A stretch of DNA of 64,000 nucleotides from an uncultured bacterium (GTDB taxonomy: Bacteria > Nitrospirota > Thermodesulfovibrionia > Thermodesulfovibrionales > Thermodesulfovibrionaceae): the NCBI GenBank assembly GCA_937998865.1, contig CALLBR010000017.1:82289-146288 (forward strand), read 5' to 3'. Shown piece after piece: positions 18,263-26,791 of this stretch. A program made the position numbers and the translations under genes. The notes beneath the pieces were generated by a model. That model did no database searches. It was not told the DNA's origin and saw only the letters and a program-made list of their open reading frames with translations. The number at the start of each line of letters is the position of its first letter. Within the stretch, counting starts at the first letter, position 1.

Positions 18263-19537
18263 TTATATCATGCAATAAAACAATCCACCACACCACAGAC
18301 AGGCTCCACAGGGAATAGGATTAGTAAAACAGTCATAAAGAAAATCCTCTAGTTCCATAAGATCACAAAGGGCAAAGTTACAATCATAACAATAGGGAAA
18401 ATCATATTTTATTACAGAATCACCAAAACTTCTGTATGGAGTAGAGTTATAGATTTCTAAGGGATTTTTTTCCTTAATATTACCAAAAGACCAACGCTTT
18501 ACAGCTTTTCTAAGCCCTCCTATATAACAAGTAAAATCATGCCATAGAAAATAACAAGGAGAAACCTCTCCATCAACACCTATAAACATACATTTTTCCT
18601 CAAAAAATTCACATTTTCTATGAGGCAAAGGACTTGTTCTTGGAACTTGAATTGATAAATTCAATTTCTTTGCTAATATTTCAACCTCCTCTAAAATTCT
18701 CTTTGTTTCATTGATTAATGCTTCATCTCTGTTAATTAGATTACTAAAATGAAGGGTTATTCCCTTTTCTAAGGCTTCTTCATACATGGAATTAAAAATT
18801 TTTAAAGGTTCACTGTCTTGAGGATAAAACTCTGGAAGGGCTTTCTTTTTCATCAGCTCTAGCCAGTCCTCTACAGTATAGCCTTTCTTTAATAATCTAT
18901 TTAACCATTTTTTAAAAATTCTCACGGCTTCTTCATTGCTTGTCTCATAACAAACCAATTTTGAAGCCTCCTGGGAATATGGAATTAAGTGGCTAAGAAT
19001 TACAAAATCTATTCCATACTTTGAGGCCTCTATTAATGTTGGCAAAATCTGATGAATATTGTATTTAGTGATGACAATTTCTATACCACTTTTCAATCCT
19101 TTATGACCATCCTTTTTAGCTTTATAAATTATCTCAAGGGCTTTTTTACCAATCTCAGGTTCATGAAGTCCCTTAATAGGAATTAGACTATCCATAGAGA
19201 CACATATTCTATTTAAACCTGCCTGTAAAAGGCTTGATAGTCTTTTTTCATTAAGTAATAATGCATTTGTCTGAAAACCTATGCTCGAATTTTCTGGCAT
19301 CTTTTCTCTGGCTAAAGCCACAAATCTCTCTGCTTCTTCATGCAAAAGAGGTTCTCCAATTCCATTTAGGACAATACTACTTAGATAAGGAAAAAGTGGC
19401 AGAAGATTTTTGTAAACTTCAAAATCCATGTCTCTTTCAGGCTCATGATAATTAGGGCTTTGTTTAGGACAAATTTCACATTTTAGATTACATTTCGTAG
19501 TTATTTCAACGGAAAGCCTTTTTGGTAAAAATATCAT
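18263..19537 (-). CDS. radical SAM protein with C-terminal SPASM-type Cys-rich domain (AOR-associated maturase candidate)
   Basis: 424 aa. CNLKCEICP (CxxxCxxC) at the N-terminus, and several C-terminal Cys clusters (CEFFEEKC..., CYDCNFALC, CGACLWCGG). First gene of the rSAM-aor-moaD string. Confidence 0.8.
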   Translation of the reverse strand: MIFLPKRLSVEITTKCNLKCEICPKQSPNYHEPERDMDFEVYKNLLPLFPYLSSIVLNGIGEPLLHEEAERFVALAREKMPENSSIGFQTNALLLNEKRLSSLLQAGLNRICVSMDSLIPIKGLHEPEIGKKALEIIYKAKKDGHKGLKSGIEIVITKYNIHQILPTLIEASKYGIDFVILSHLIPYSQEASKLVCYETSNEEAVRIFKKWLNRLLKKGYTVEDWLELMKKKALPEFYPQDSEPLKIFNSMYEEALEKGITLHFSNLINRDEALINETKRILEEVEILAKKLNLSIQVPRTSPLPHRKCEFFEEKCMFIGVDGEVSPCYFLWHDFTCYIGGLRKAVKRWSFGNIKEKNPLEIYNSTPYRSFGDSVIKYDFPYCYDCNFALCDLMELEDFLYDCFTNPIPCGACLWCGGLFYCMI

Positions 19538-19544
19538 TCAAAAA

Positions 19545-19574
19545 ATTATAAGACAAAAACTTATATGTTAGCAA
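19545..19574 (-). promoter_or_regulatory. candidate sigma70 promoter of the rSAM-aor-moaD operon (leaderless type)
   Basis: On the minus strand: TTGCTA (19574..19569), an 18-nt spacer, TATAAT (19550..19545), then 7 nt (TTTTTGA) and ATG 19537. No SD. Confidence 0.4.
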
Positions 19575-19801
19575 TAAAAATATTTAATAACTCTTTAAGT
19601 TTTTGCCTTTACTATTTTCAAATGTCACATATATGATAATCTCCTGTCAATGATAGAAAAAGAAAGGTCCCCTATTGACAGGAAAAGAGGGCATTGCAAG
19701 GCTAGGAGCCACAATAGATAAGTCATTGAATAAAATAAATTTTACATTTCAATGTAACAATAAAGTGTGACTTGGCTTCAGGAAAAACTCTTTTAGATTT
19801 C

Positions 19802-19831
19802 TTGACAAACTTTTCAATATTATTTTAGTTT
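19802..19831 (+). promoter_or_regulatory. candidate promoter of the tRNA-Val/tRNA-Asp pair
   Basis: Perfect TTGACA (19802-19807), an 18-nt spacer, then TAGTTT (19826-19831). The predicted TSS is a few nt before the tRNA 5' end. Confidence 0.3.
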
Positions 19832-19840
19832 AAATAATAC

Positions 19841-19913
19841 GGGCGGATAGCTCAGATGGGAGAGCGCAGCCCTTACAAGGCTGAGGTCACAGGTTCGATA
19901 CCTGTTCCGCCCA
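19841..19913 (+). tRNA. tRNA-Val (anticodon TAC)
   Basis: Cloverleaf read by eye. Acceptor GGGCGGA/TCCGCCC, D stem GCTC/GAGC, anticodon stem CAGCC/GGCTG with loop CTTACAA, T stem ACAGG/CCTGT with loop TTCGATA. CCA is not encoded. Confidence 0.9.
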
Positions 19914-19922
19914 TGGACTTTT

Positions 19923-20000
19923 GGGGTGGTAGTTCAGCACGGTTAGAACGCTTGCCTGTCACGCAAGAGGCCGCGGGTTCAAGTCCCGTCCACCCCGCCA
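19923..20000 (+). tRNA. tRNA-Asp (anticodon GTC)
   Basis: Acceptor GGGGTGG/CCACCCC, D stem GTTC/GAAC, anticodon stem CTTGC/GCAAG with loop CTGTCAC, T stem GCGGG/CCCGT with loop TTCAAGT. The 3' CCA is encoded. Confidence 0.9.
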
Positions 20001-20102
20001 TAAAATTCTATTTTTCAAAAAACATTCTTCCATAAAATCTCCATGATAAATTGATTATAGTATTAATTTTTTCTCTCTATATTTAGAGGAAAATAGTATA
20101 AA

Positions 20103-20951
20103 TTAAGACAGGTTAAGTAAAAATTTTTTCTCATGATTAAATTGATGGATGAAAATCTTACTTAGGTTTTTCAATAAGTTTTCATCAATTTTTAAATCAC
20201 CATAATCTATCTTTGGCGGGATTTCTCTTTTAAAACCTAAGCCCAAATCTAAACATATTTGATCAGAAATCCTGATAGTATTACAAATTTCTGCATAAAT
20301 TCTCTCTTTTCTATGGGGAAAAGGAAAGGTATGATGATACTCAATTACTTTTTTTATTTCTTCAGGATAGTTCCATTTCTCTGCAACAAAAGCTCCCATC
20401 TCAGCATGATTTACGCCTATTTTTTCATTTTCTATATCTATAGTTTCTCGTTCAGATTTTAAGATATATTCATGAATGTTTTGATAAATTTCACTATTAG
20501 CGTTATATAGAAAAATTTTACCAATATCATGAAGAATTCCAGAGGCCAAAAATAACTCTGGTGAAATATGACCTAATGCAGTAGCTAACAGACTTGAGAA
20601 TAGACCAACTCCTAAACTATGTTCCCAAAGTCTCTTTTCAAATTCTCCAAAATTCTTATATAGATATATAACAGATGTTGCAAAAATTAAGGATTTGGCA
20701 CTTTCAAGTCCAATCAAAAAAAGTGCATCTTTTACCGTTTTAATCTTTCTACTCATTCCATAGTAAGGAGAATTGGCAATTCTTAAAAATTTTGCTGTTA
20801 AACCTTTATCTTTTGCCAAATATTCCTCAATTTCTTCGATGGAAGTATGTTCGTTTTTTAATAAATTTATGAGTTTAATAATTACTTGGGAATGAGGAGA
20901 AATATCTATTGTCTTTATGTAAATTTCCTCTAATTTTTCTCTTTTTTCCAT
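20103..20951 (-). CDS. HDOD domain protein (stand-alone)
   Basis: 282 aa. Motifs ...FLRIANSPYYG...LWEHSLGVGL...GILHDIGK...HAEMG... are typical of HDOD. Clear paralog of 32673..33512. Confidence 0.8.
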   Translation of the reverse strand: MEKREKLEEIYIKTIDISPHSQVIIKLINLLKNEHTSIEEIEEYLAKDKGLTAKFLRIANSPYYGMSRKIKTVKDALFLIGLESAKSLIFATSVIYLYKNFGEFEKRLWEHSLGVGLFSSLLATALGHISPELFLASGILHDIGKIFLYNANSEIYQNIHEYILKSERETIDIENEKIGVNHAEMGAFVAEKWNYPEEIKKVIEYHHTFPFPHRKERIYAEICNTIRISDQICLDLGLGFKREIPPKIDYGDLKIDENLLKNLSKIFIHQFNHEKKFLLNLS

Positions 20952-20963
20952 TATAATATGAAA

Positions 20964-23099
20964 TTAATCTCCTTTGCCCCAAATTGTCTCCACAGAAGAG
21001 TATTTGATAGCTCTTTTTATTATACTTCCGAAGGGGATTTTATTTCCACCTTTAAGGGCAATGGCATACTGAAAATTACCAAGAAGACGAGAGTTTAAGT
21101 AGAGAGGCTTTAAGGTTTCAGCAACTATTGACATTATGGTATTTTTGTCGATATTTATTACTCTTTCATCAGATAATTTCATTTGAAAATGCTTTACTTC
21201 AACTCCTTCAAAAACTGTAGCAGGCAAAAGAGGTTCTGTAAAGAGATGAACCTCATCAAATCCTACTTTTTTTAAAGCATAATGCAGTGTCCAAAGCTTC
21301 CAGCGTGTAACATGATTAGGTGGATAATCACCATACCACCATTTGAATTTTCTGTAACCCTTTGCTAAATTTTCGAATTTATAGAAGGGAGGACAACTTA
21401 ATATTAAGATCCCTCCATCTTTAAGGAATGAAAATATATCCTTTAGGAAACTCATGGGGTCCTCCACATGTTCTAATACTTCAAAGGCTGTTATAACATC
21501 ATAGGGACCTCTGTAGTCCTGAGGAAGATCATTAAAAGAAAATGCCTCAACCACCTTTAATTTAAATTTATCTTTTGCAATTTTTACAGCCTTCTCTGAT
21601 GCTTCCATTCCATAAGTTTCAAAACCTAATTTCTTTGCTATAAGCATGAAAAAACCTGTTGAACAACCTACATCAAAAAGTTTTCCCTTAGGAATTTGGG
21701 AGAGAATTGGAAGTAAAACATTTAATCTTGGAAGTTTCTCCCATTTTTCAATCTCTCTTTTCTCATCTTCCACATTTAAATAGGATTCATAGGGAATTCC
21801 TGTGAAACTTAAAAGATCTTCATACTCTCCTCTGTAGGCTTTTTCGTAACTCATTAATTTCATAGGATAACTGAATTGTAATCCACAGGAAGGGCACTCA
21901 AAAACTCTTGATCTATTAATTACCTCAAAAAGTTGGATTTCACCAGTAAAACCACAGAGAATACATTTCTTCGGTTTTTCATAATCTCTCTCAGTTAATA
22001 ATTCAGCATCCTTAAGTGCAAGATATATAACCTTTGGTGGTATGTTTTCAAAACAGGGACTATAAAACTTTCTATTTATCTGAGCTTCTAAACAGGGCTC
22101 CTTAAGGGCATGAATCATACAGGGCGATGTGCAAGTCTGTCCCTTGTAATTTGCAGCTAGGGGAATTACTGTTGGATAATTTGATGAGGTGAATTCTGGA
22201 TCAATGGGACCTGAAATTAAAACTGTTGGTTTTTCAAGTCCTGCTGCTATGTGAAGTGTTGCTGTATCTGCAGTTATAACTGAATCTGAAAGGGCTACTG
22301 AAGCAACTAAATAACGAATGTCCTTCATAAACACTGAAAGATTTGCTGCTCTTATTCCGTAAACATCTAAGGCTGTCTCTACAGTAATGTCTTCTTCAGG
22401 AAGGGAACATATTACAGGCACATACTCATCCCATATGAGATCTTCAATCTCTTTAAGAAGTTTTGGAGGAATTGTTCTATGGACTGAGGAAGCAAGATAG
22501 TGAAAAAGAAGAACTTTTTTGCCACCAGAGGCGTGACGGATTTTTTCAAAAACCTCTCTCATCTCACCTAAAACTGCCTCATCAATTAAAACATCAGGAG
22601 TCTCTTTTTCAGCTTTATAAATGTAAAGCTTCCAAAGATAATAATCAATCAAGGAGAGATTGTCAAACTGGGGGGTGTTTACCATCTCAATGACCTTTAC
22701 AATATAATCAGCTTTTGACACCTCTTTAAAGGGAACTGGCATCGGCAGTAAGTTATCAATGTATGTTAAACCTTCTAATACTGGTCTTGCTTTACCTGAA
22801 ACTGTTACATTTAAAGTCATTTCAGGATATTTCTTTTTAATCTCTCTTAAAGCAGGAGTCATGCAAAGGGCATCACCAATGGCTGCTTGGGCTATGACAA
22901 GAAGCGTTTTTCCCCTAAGTGGCTCTCCTCGGTAAAAGGGAGGAAGCACGCTGTAAGCCTCCTGAAAGACAGATTTAACATTTTCTGGAAGGAGATTGAA
23001 AACATCATCAGCAAAAAGAAATTTATCACCAGGCTTGATATGGAAATCATAACCATTAAAATTTAGCTCAATCTTAGTTTTTGCCTTCCAAACCTTCAT
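20964..23099 (-). CDS. fusion protein: GT9-like glycosyltransferase + Zn-ribbon + class I SAM-dependent methyltransferase
   Basis: 711 aa. Residues about 64-365 are GT9-like (AAIGDALCMTPALREIKKKYP..., ADTATLHIAAG). CxxC...CxxC lies at 379-405. MTase motif I LFDVGCSTG is at 474-482, with post-I/II motifs (YDVITAFEVLEHV). ATGA overlap with fliW. Confidence 0.7.
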   Translation of the reverse strand: MKVWKAKTKIELNFNGYDFHIKPGDKFLFADDVFNLLPENVKSVFQEAYSVLPPFYRGEPLRGKTLLVIAQAAIGDALCMTPALREIKKKYPEMTLNVTVSGKARPVLEGLTYIDNLLPMPVPFKEVSKADYIVKVIEMVNTPQFDNLSLIDYYLWKLYIYKAEKETPDVLIDEAVLGEMREVFEKIRHASGGKKVLLFHYLASSVHRTIPPKLLKEIEDLIWDEYVPVICSLPEEDITVETALDVYGIRAANLSVFMKDIRYLVASVALSDSVITADTATLHIAAGLEKPTVLISGPIDPEFTSSNYPTVIPLAANYKGQTCTSPCMIHALKEPCLEAQINRKFYSPCFENIPPKVIYLALKDAELLTERDYEKPKKCILCGFTGEIQLFEVINRSRVFECPSCGLQFSYPMKLMSYEKAYRGEYEDLLSFTGIPYESYLNVEDEKREIEKWEKLPRLNVLLPILSQIPKGKLFDVGCSTGFFMLIAKKLGFETYGMEASEKAVKIAKDKFKLKVVEAFSFNDLPQDYRGPYDVITAFEVLEHVEDPMSFLKDIFSFLKDGGILILSCPPFYKFENLAKGYRKFKWWYGDYPPNHVTRWKLWTLHYALKKVGFDEVHLFTEPLLPATVFEGVEVKHFQMKLSDERVINIDKNTIMSIVAETLKPLYLNSRLLGNFQYAIALKGGNKIPFGSIIKRAIKYSSVETIWGKGD

Positions 23100-23506
23100 T
23101 TTTTGATAGGCTCCTTAAAACTGTATTTTTCATCTTCAAGGACTATTTGAACGCCAACTTTTTTCTCTCTATTGATTATAAAAGGACACTTTAAATTGGC
23201 AGCAACTCCATCATTGTATTTTAGTAGGGATACATAAATCTCAAGATCCTTTTCATCCTTTGCCTGTAAAGCAGACACTATTTCATCGCTTAGTTCAAAT
23301 CCATAGGTAGGGAAATATTGAAATGGTGAAATTATAAGCATTGCCACATCAGGATCATCTACAGAGATAAACCATTTTACAGGTTCTATTAAATCTTTTA
23401 TTATAAATCTCTCAAAGGGAATTCCTGGGATACCGTAGGGAAAATAAATTATTTCCTTTTCTTCAATTTCAATTTCTCCTAATCTTTCTGATTTTATCTT
23501 GATCAT
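23096..23506 (-). CDS. fliW: flagellar assembly factor FliW
   Basis: 136 aa. FPYGIPG...F...WFISVDDP... pattern of FliW. ATGA overlap with csrA. Confidence 0.9.
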   Translation of the reverse strand: MIKIKSERLGEIEIEEKEIIYFPYGIPGIPFERFIIKDLIEPVKWFISVDDPDVAMLIISPFQYFPTYGFELSDEIVSALQAKDEKDLEIYVSLLKYNDGVAANLKCPFIINREKKVGVQIVLEDEKYSFKEPIKK

Positions 23507-23745
23507 TCTCTTTTCTCCTCTGAAGATTGAGAAATCAAATCATCAACCTTTAATTCCTTAGAAAATTTCAATGCTTCTATGTTGGTTTCTTTAAGCTTTT
23601 CATATAATTCCTCTCTAAAGATAACTATCCCTTTAGGAGCTTCAATGCCAATTTTTACCTGCGAACCATCAATATCAATTATTTTGATGACTACGCTGTC
23701 TCCAATTCTAATACTCTGGCCTGTTTTTCTTGTAAGGACTAACAA
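23503..23745 (-). CDS. csrA: carbon storage regulator CsrA
   Basis: 80 aa, beginning MLVLTRKTGQSIRIGD...GIEAPKGIVIFREEL. The start codon is TTG (23745..23743), with GAGGT about 6 nt upstream. Confidence 0.93.
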   Translation of the reverse strand: MLVLTRKTGQSIRIGDSVVIKIIDIDGSQVKIGIEAPKGIVIFREELYEKLKETNIEALKFSKELKVDDLISQSSEEKRE

Positions 23746-23747
23746 GC

Positions 23748-25142
23748 CTACCTCAGAAAATCAAAAAGATTACTACGGAAGAAATCTGTAAATGTAGTAC
23801 GTAATGCCTGAAGCACTGACATTCTCTGATTAAGCTCTAAGACAACCTTTACTACATCTGCATCTTGATCATTTGACAAATTCTGCTTTGTATTAGTCTC
23901 CAATTCCAGATTGTAATCACTTATTGTTTCTGTTTTGTTGAGTCTTGCACCAATAATAGATTGTTGTCTGTAGAGCTTGTCTGCAATTTGGTCTAAGTAT
24001 CCCACAGCTTTCTGAATTCTTCCTTGATCATTGTTTTCAAGGGCAACTTTTAGAAAATAAAGAGCTCTCAAATAGTAATTTTCATTCAAATAGTTGTTGT
24101 TGAAACTATAATAGTTAGAATCTGTCGGATCCGTTATATAGTTATAACCATTAATATTTCCCTCCAATTTCATAGCAGAAGAGGGAGAGACAGGATCATA
24201 AGCTAAAAGATTAAGATTGTCACCTGGTGAAGTATTTACTTCAATTCTAAGTTGATCAGACTTTCCATTTGGCACACTGTTTACTACAATTCTGTAATCT
24301 GGAGCAGCAGAAGTTCCCACATTTATAACCCATGCTTTTACATAACTGCCTGCCTGTAAATTTATGGCATCTCTTATATCGTTAAGTGAAGCTCCTGCTA
24401 AAATTGTAACATCTAAAGGTGCCTTTTCACTAAACTTTATTGAAAGAGTGCCTCCATTAGTTGTAAAGGAAGCTGTTGGATCAGTGATTGCTCCAGAAGA
24501 AGGTTGAGACATAAGGAGGGCAGACAAAGGATCTACATCATGAAGTATTCCTGTATCTGTTTGATTATAAGGAGTGAAAACTTGATTAGCAGTTCCAGAA
24601 TAAGTGAAAAATTCTGTAGCTGGAAGATTTATAGGCACATCTAAGAAAAAGTTTATATCTACCTTCTGTAAGTTTGAATCTGACTGATAAATACCTGTTG
24701 CCTCATTGACAGGAGGAATATCAGCCTTATATCCAGCAAAAATAAACCTTCCTGAAACTTTTGTATTTATAGTATCAATACTTCTCTGTATCAAGGTGTC
24801 TACTTCCCTTGCCAATGCAAGTCTGTCTGTTGCAGAGAGAGTATCTGTAGAGCCTTGAACAGCTATCTGTTTTGCTTTAATTGTCATGTTTTTTAAGTCA
24901 TTGATAGCAGTTTCAATAGAGGAGTTATAAATTTTTGCTGTATCAATTACTCTTAAGTATTCCTGAAGAGAGGAAAGTTCAGAATTATACTTTGTAATTC
25001 TTGATATAGCAATGGGATCGTCACTGGGCATAAGTATTTTTTTCCCAGTGCTAAGCTGTCTTTGTGCTCTGTACATGGCTTCAATCTGTTTATTAAGGTC
25101 AGTGAAAAAAGTATTATAGAAAAAACTGGTTGTTACTTTCAT
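23748..25142 (-). CDS. flgL: flagellar hook-associated protein 3 (hook-filament junction) FlgL
   Basis: 464 aa. Flagellin-like N and C termini (…SLQALRTTFTDFF…). Position after flgK. Longer than typical FlgL because of a central insertion. Confidence 0.85.
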   Translation of the reverse strand: MKVTTSFFYNTFFTDLNKQIEAMYRAQRQLSTGKKILMPSDDPIAISRITKYNSELSSLQEYLRVIDTAKIYNSSIETAINDLKNMTIKAKQIAVQGSTDTLSATDRLALAREVDTLIQRSIDTINTKVSGRFIFAGYKADIPPVNEATGIYQSDSNLQKVDINFFLDVPINLPATEFFTYSGTANQVFTPYNQTDTGILHDVDPLSALLMSQPSSGAITDPTASFTTNGGTLSIKFSEKAPLDVTILAGASLNDIRDAINLQAGSYVKAWVINVGTSAAPDYRIVVNSVPNGKSDQLRIEVNTSPGDNLNLLAYDPVSPSSAMKLEGNINGYNYITDPTDSNYYSFNNNYLNENYYLRALYFLKVALENNDQGRIQKAVGYLDQIADKLYRQQSIIGARLNKTETISDYNLELETNTKQNLSNDQDADVVKVVLELNQRMSVLQALRTTFTDFFRSNLFDFLR

Positions 25143-25144
25143 AA

Positions 25145-26791
25145 TTACCTCACCATATCAAAAAGTGTTGTTAACAGTTCGTCTGCAACTCTTATTACTC
25201 GGGCAGAAGCTTCATACATTTTTTGATATTTAATAAGATTTATAGCTTCCTCATCAAGACTTACTCCTGAGAGATTTTGTCTTCTGTTCTGTAGTTCTTG
25301 CACTAAGGATTCTTGGAAATTCCTCTGAATTTTTGCACTATTCGATATAACTCCTACCTCTGATACAATGGCTCTATAGTAATCAATGGGTCTAGAATTT
25401 CCAATTATTGCTTTATCTAAAAGAGAATATATAGCTCTTGCATTTACATTATCCATGGGACCACTATTAGGACCGGTAGGATCCTGCCCAGCTGCTGCAA
25501 TTTTTCTACTGTCTGTTATTGCCACATCAAAAAAAAGGGTAGTGTGCTGCTTAATTTGAAAATTAAAATCAAGGTTTGCTGTAGGATTTGTAAGTGTAAC
25601 TTCCATTTCACTAAAGCTTAATCTATAATATATATCCGTTCCTACTGTCCAAGAAGTTATATTGGGAGTTATCGTTTGTGGAGGAGATTGACTGTTGTCT
25701 ATGACAGTCCAGTTTGTGCCGTCAAACTGGATTTGATATGAATTATATGTGTTATTGTTAATGTTCATTAATTTTAGAGAAATATCACTGTAGGAACCAG
25801 AATTTATTGATAAATCATAAAGAGGATTAAAAAAATTATTACCTCTTGAACCATCCAATCCATATCCAAGCCTATGTTGAGCATTGATGGCTTCTGCAAA
25901 ATCAAAAACCATCATATTAAGCTTATTCATATATTCTGGCAAAATCATGTCTCTTAAATCTAAATTTGCCTTTAGTTTTCCACCCTCAATACGCTCATTA
26001 ACACTTACTAATCCCGAAGGTGTTTCTACAGTAAACTGTAAATTTTGATTACTGTCAAGTCCTACATTAAGATGATATACTTTTCCAGCATCTACGAGAG
26101 GCATCCCCTTAAGAAGAATAGTATATCTGCCTACATTGTCTTCAAAATAATTAATGTGAACAAAATCATTTAGTTGTTTCACTATAAATTCCCTTTGGTC
26201 TTTCATATCAAGAGCACCAGGATTAGAGGCAATTTTTTCATTAAGTTCGTTTAATTTGTCTAAAAGGCTGTTAATTTGATTAACCAAATTTTGAGAATCT
26301 ACATAAAGTTCATTTCTTTCTGTCATAAGGGATCGATAATCCACATTTAGTCTTTTCACTAGGTATTGAGCTTTATCTAAGAGCAAATCTCTCTCGGCAG
26401 TTCCTGCAGGATTCTGACTTAACTCCTGCCAAGCATTAAAAAAATCATTTATAGTCTTGCTTAAGGCTATCTCAGAGGCTTCATTAAAAATGGTTTCTAA
26501 TTTAAGAAGTCCATTATATGTCACATCCCAATAAAAGAAATGGGAGCTTTCTGATTTAAGCTGTTGTTCAAGAAATGAATCATAGAGCCTTCTTATATCT
26601 TCAATTCTTACGCCTCTACCAGTGGTGCCATAGGGACTTATGATGCCAGAACCTATGTTTGTAAACACTACATCCTGCCTTGTGTATCCTTCTGTTGCTG
26701 CATTTGCTACATTATGGGAGACAACCTGTAGAGCTTTTTGGTAATTCAGAACTCCTGTTTTTCCAATGTCAAAAATAGCAGATAAAGCCAT
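25145..26791 (-). CDS. flgK: flagellar hook-associated protein 1 FlgK
   Basis: 548 aa. N-terminal rod/hook motif (ALQVVSHNVANAATEGYTRQ) and a conserved C-terminal helix (INLIKYQKMYEASARVI). Confidence 0.93.
   Translation of the reverse strand: MALSAIFDIGKTGVLNYQKALQVVSHNVANAATEGYTRQDVVFTNIGSGIISPYGTTGRGVRIEDIRRLYDSFLEQQLKSESSHFFYWDVTYNGLLKLETIFNEASEIALSKTINDFFNAWQELSQNPAGTAERDLLLDKAQYLVKRLNVDYRSLMTERNELYVDSQNLVNQINSLLDKLNELNEKIASNPGALDMKDQREFIVKQLNDFVHINYFEDNVGRYTILLKGMPLVDAGKVYHLNVGLDSNQNLQFTVETPSGLVSVNERIEGGKLKANLDLRDMILPEYMNKLNMMVFDFAEAINAQHRLGYGLDGSRGNNFFNPLYDLSINSGSYSDISLKLMNINNNTYNSYQIQFDGTNWTVIDNSQSPPQTITPNITSWTVGTDIYYRLSFSEMEVTLTNPTANLDFNFQIKQHTTLFFDVAITDSRKIAAAGQDPTGPNSGPMDNVNARAIYSLLDKAIIGNSRPIDYYRAIVSEVGVISNSAKIQRNFQESLVQELQNRRQNLSGVSLDEEAINLIKYQKMYEASARVIRVADELLTTLFDMVR

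Noticed and set aside
19538-19840. Possible Moco/Tuco riboswitch in the 300 bp upstream of the rSAM-aor-moaD operon.
   Set aside because: A good -35/-10 pair sits directly against the ATG (7-nt gap), leaving no 5' UTR. I could not recognise the conserved Moco-motif sequence blocks by eye. A covariance-model scan would be needed for certainty.
20069-20093. Imperfect hairpin (TTTTCtCTCT-ATATTT-AGAGGAAAA) between tRNA-Asp and the convergent HDOD gene, as a possible bidirectional terminator.
   Set aside because: It is A:U-rich and bulged, with no following U tract on either strand. That is too weak to call.
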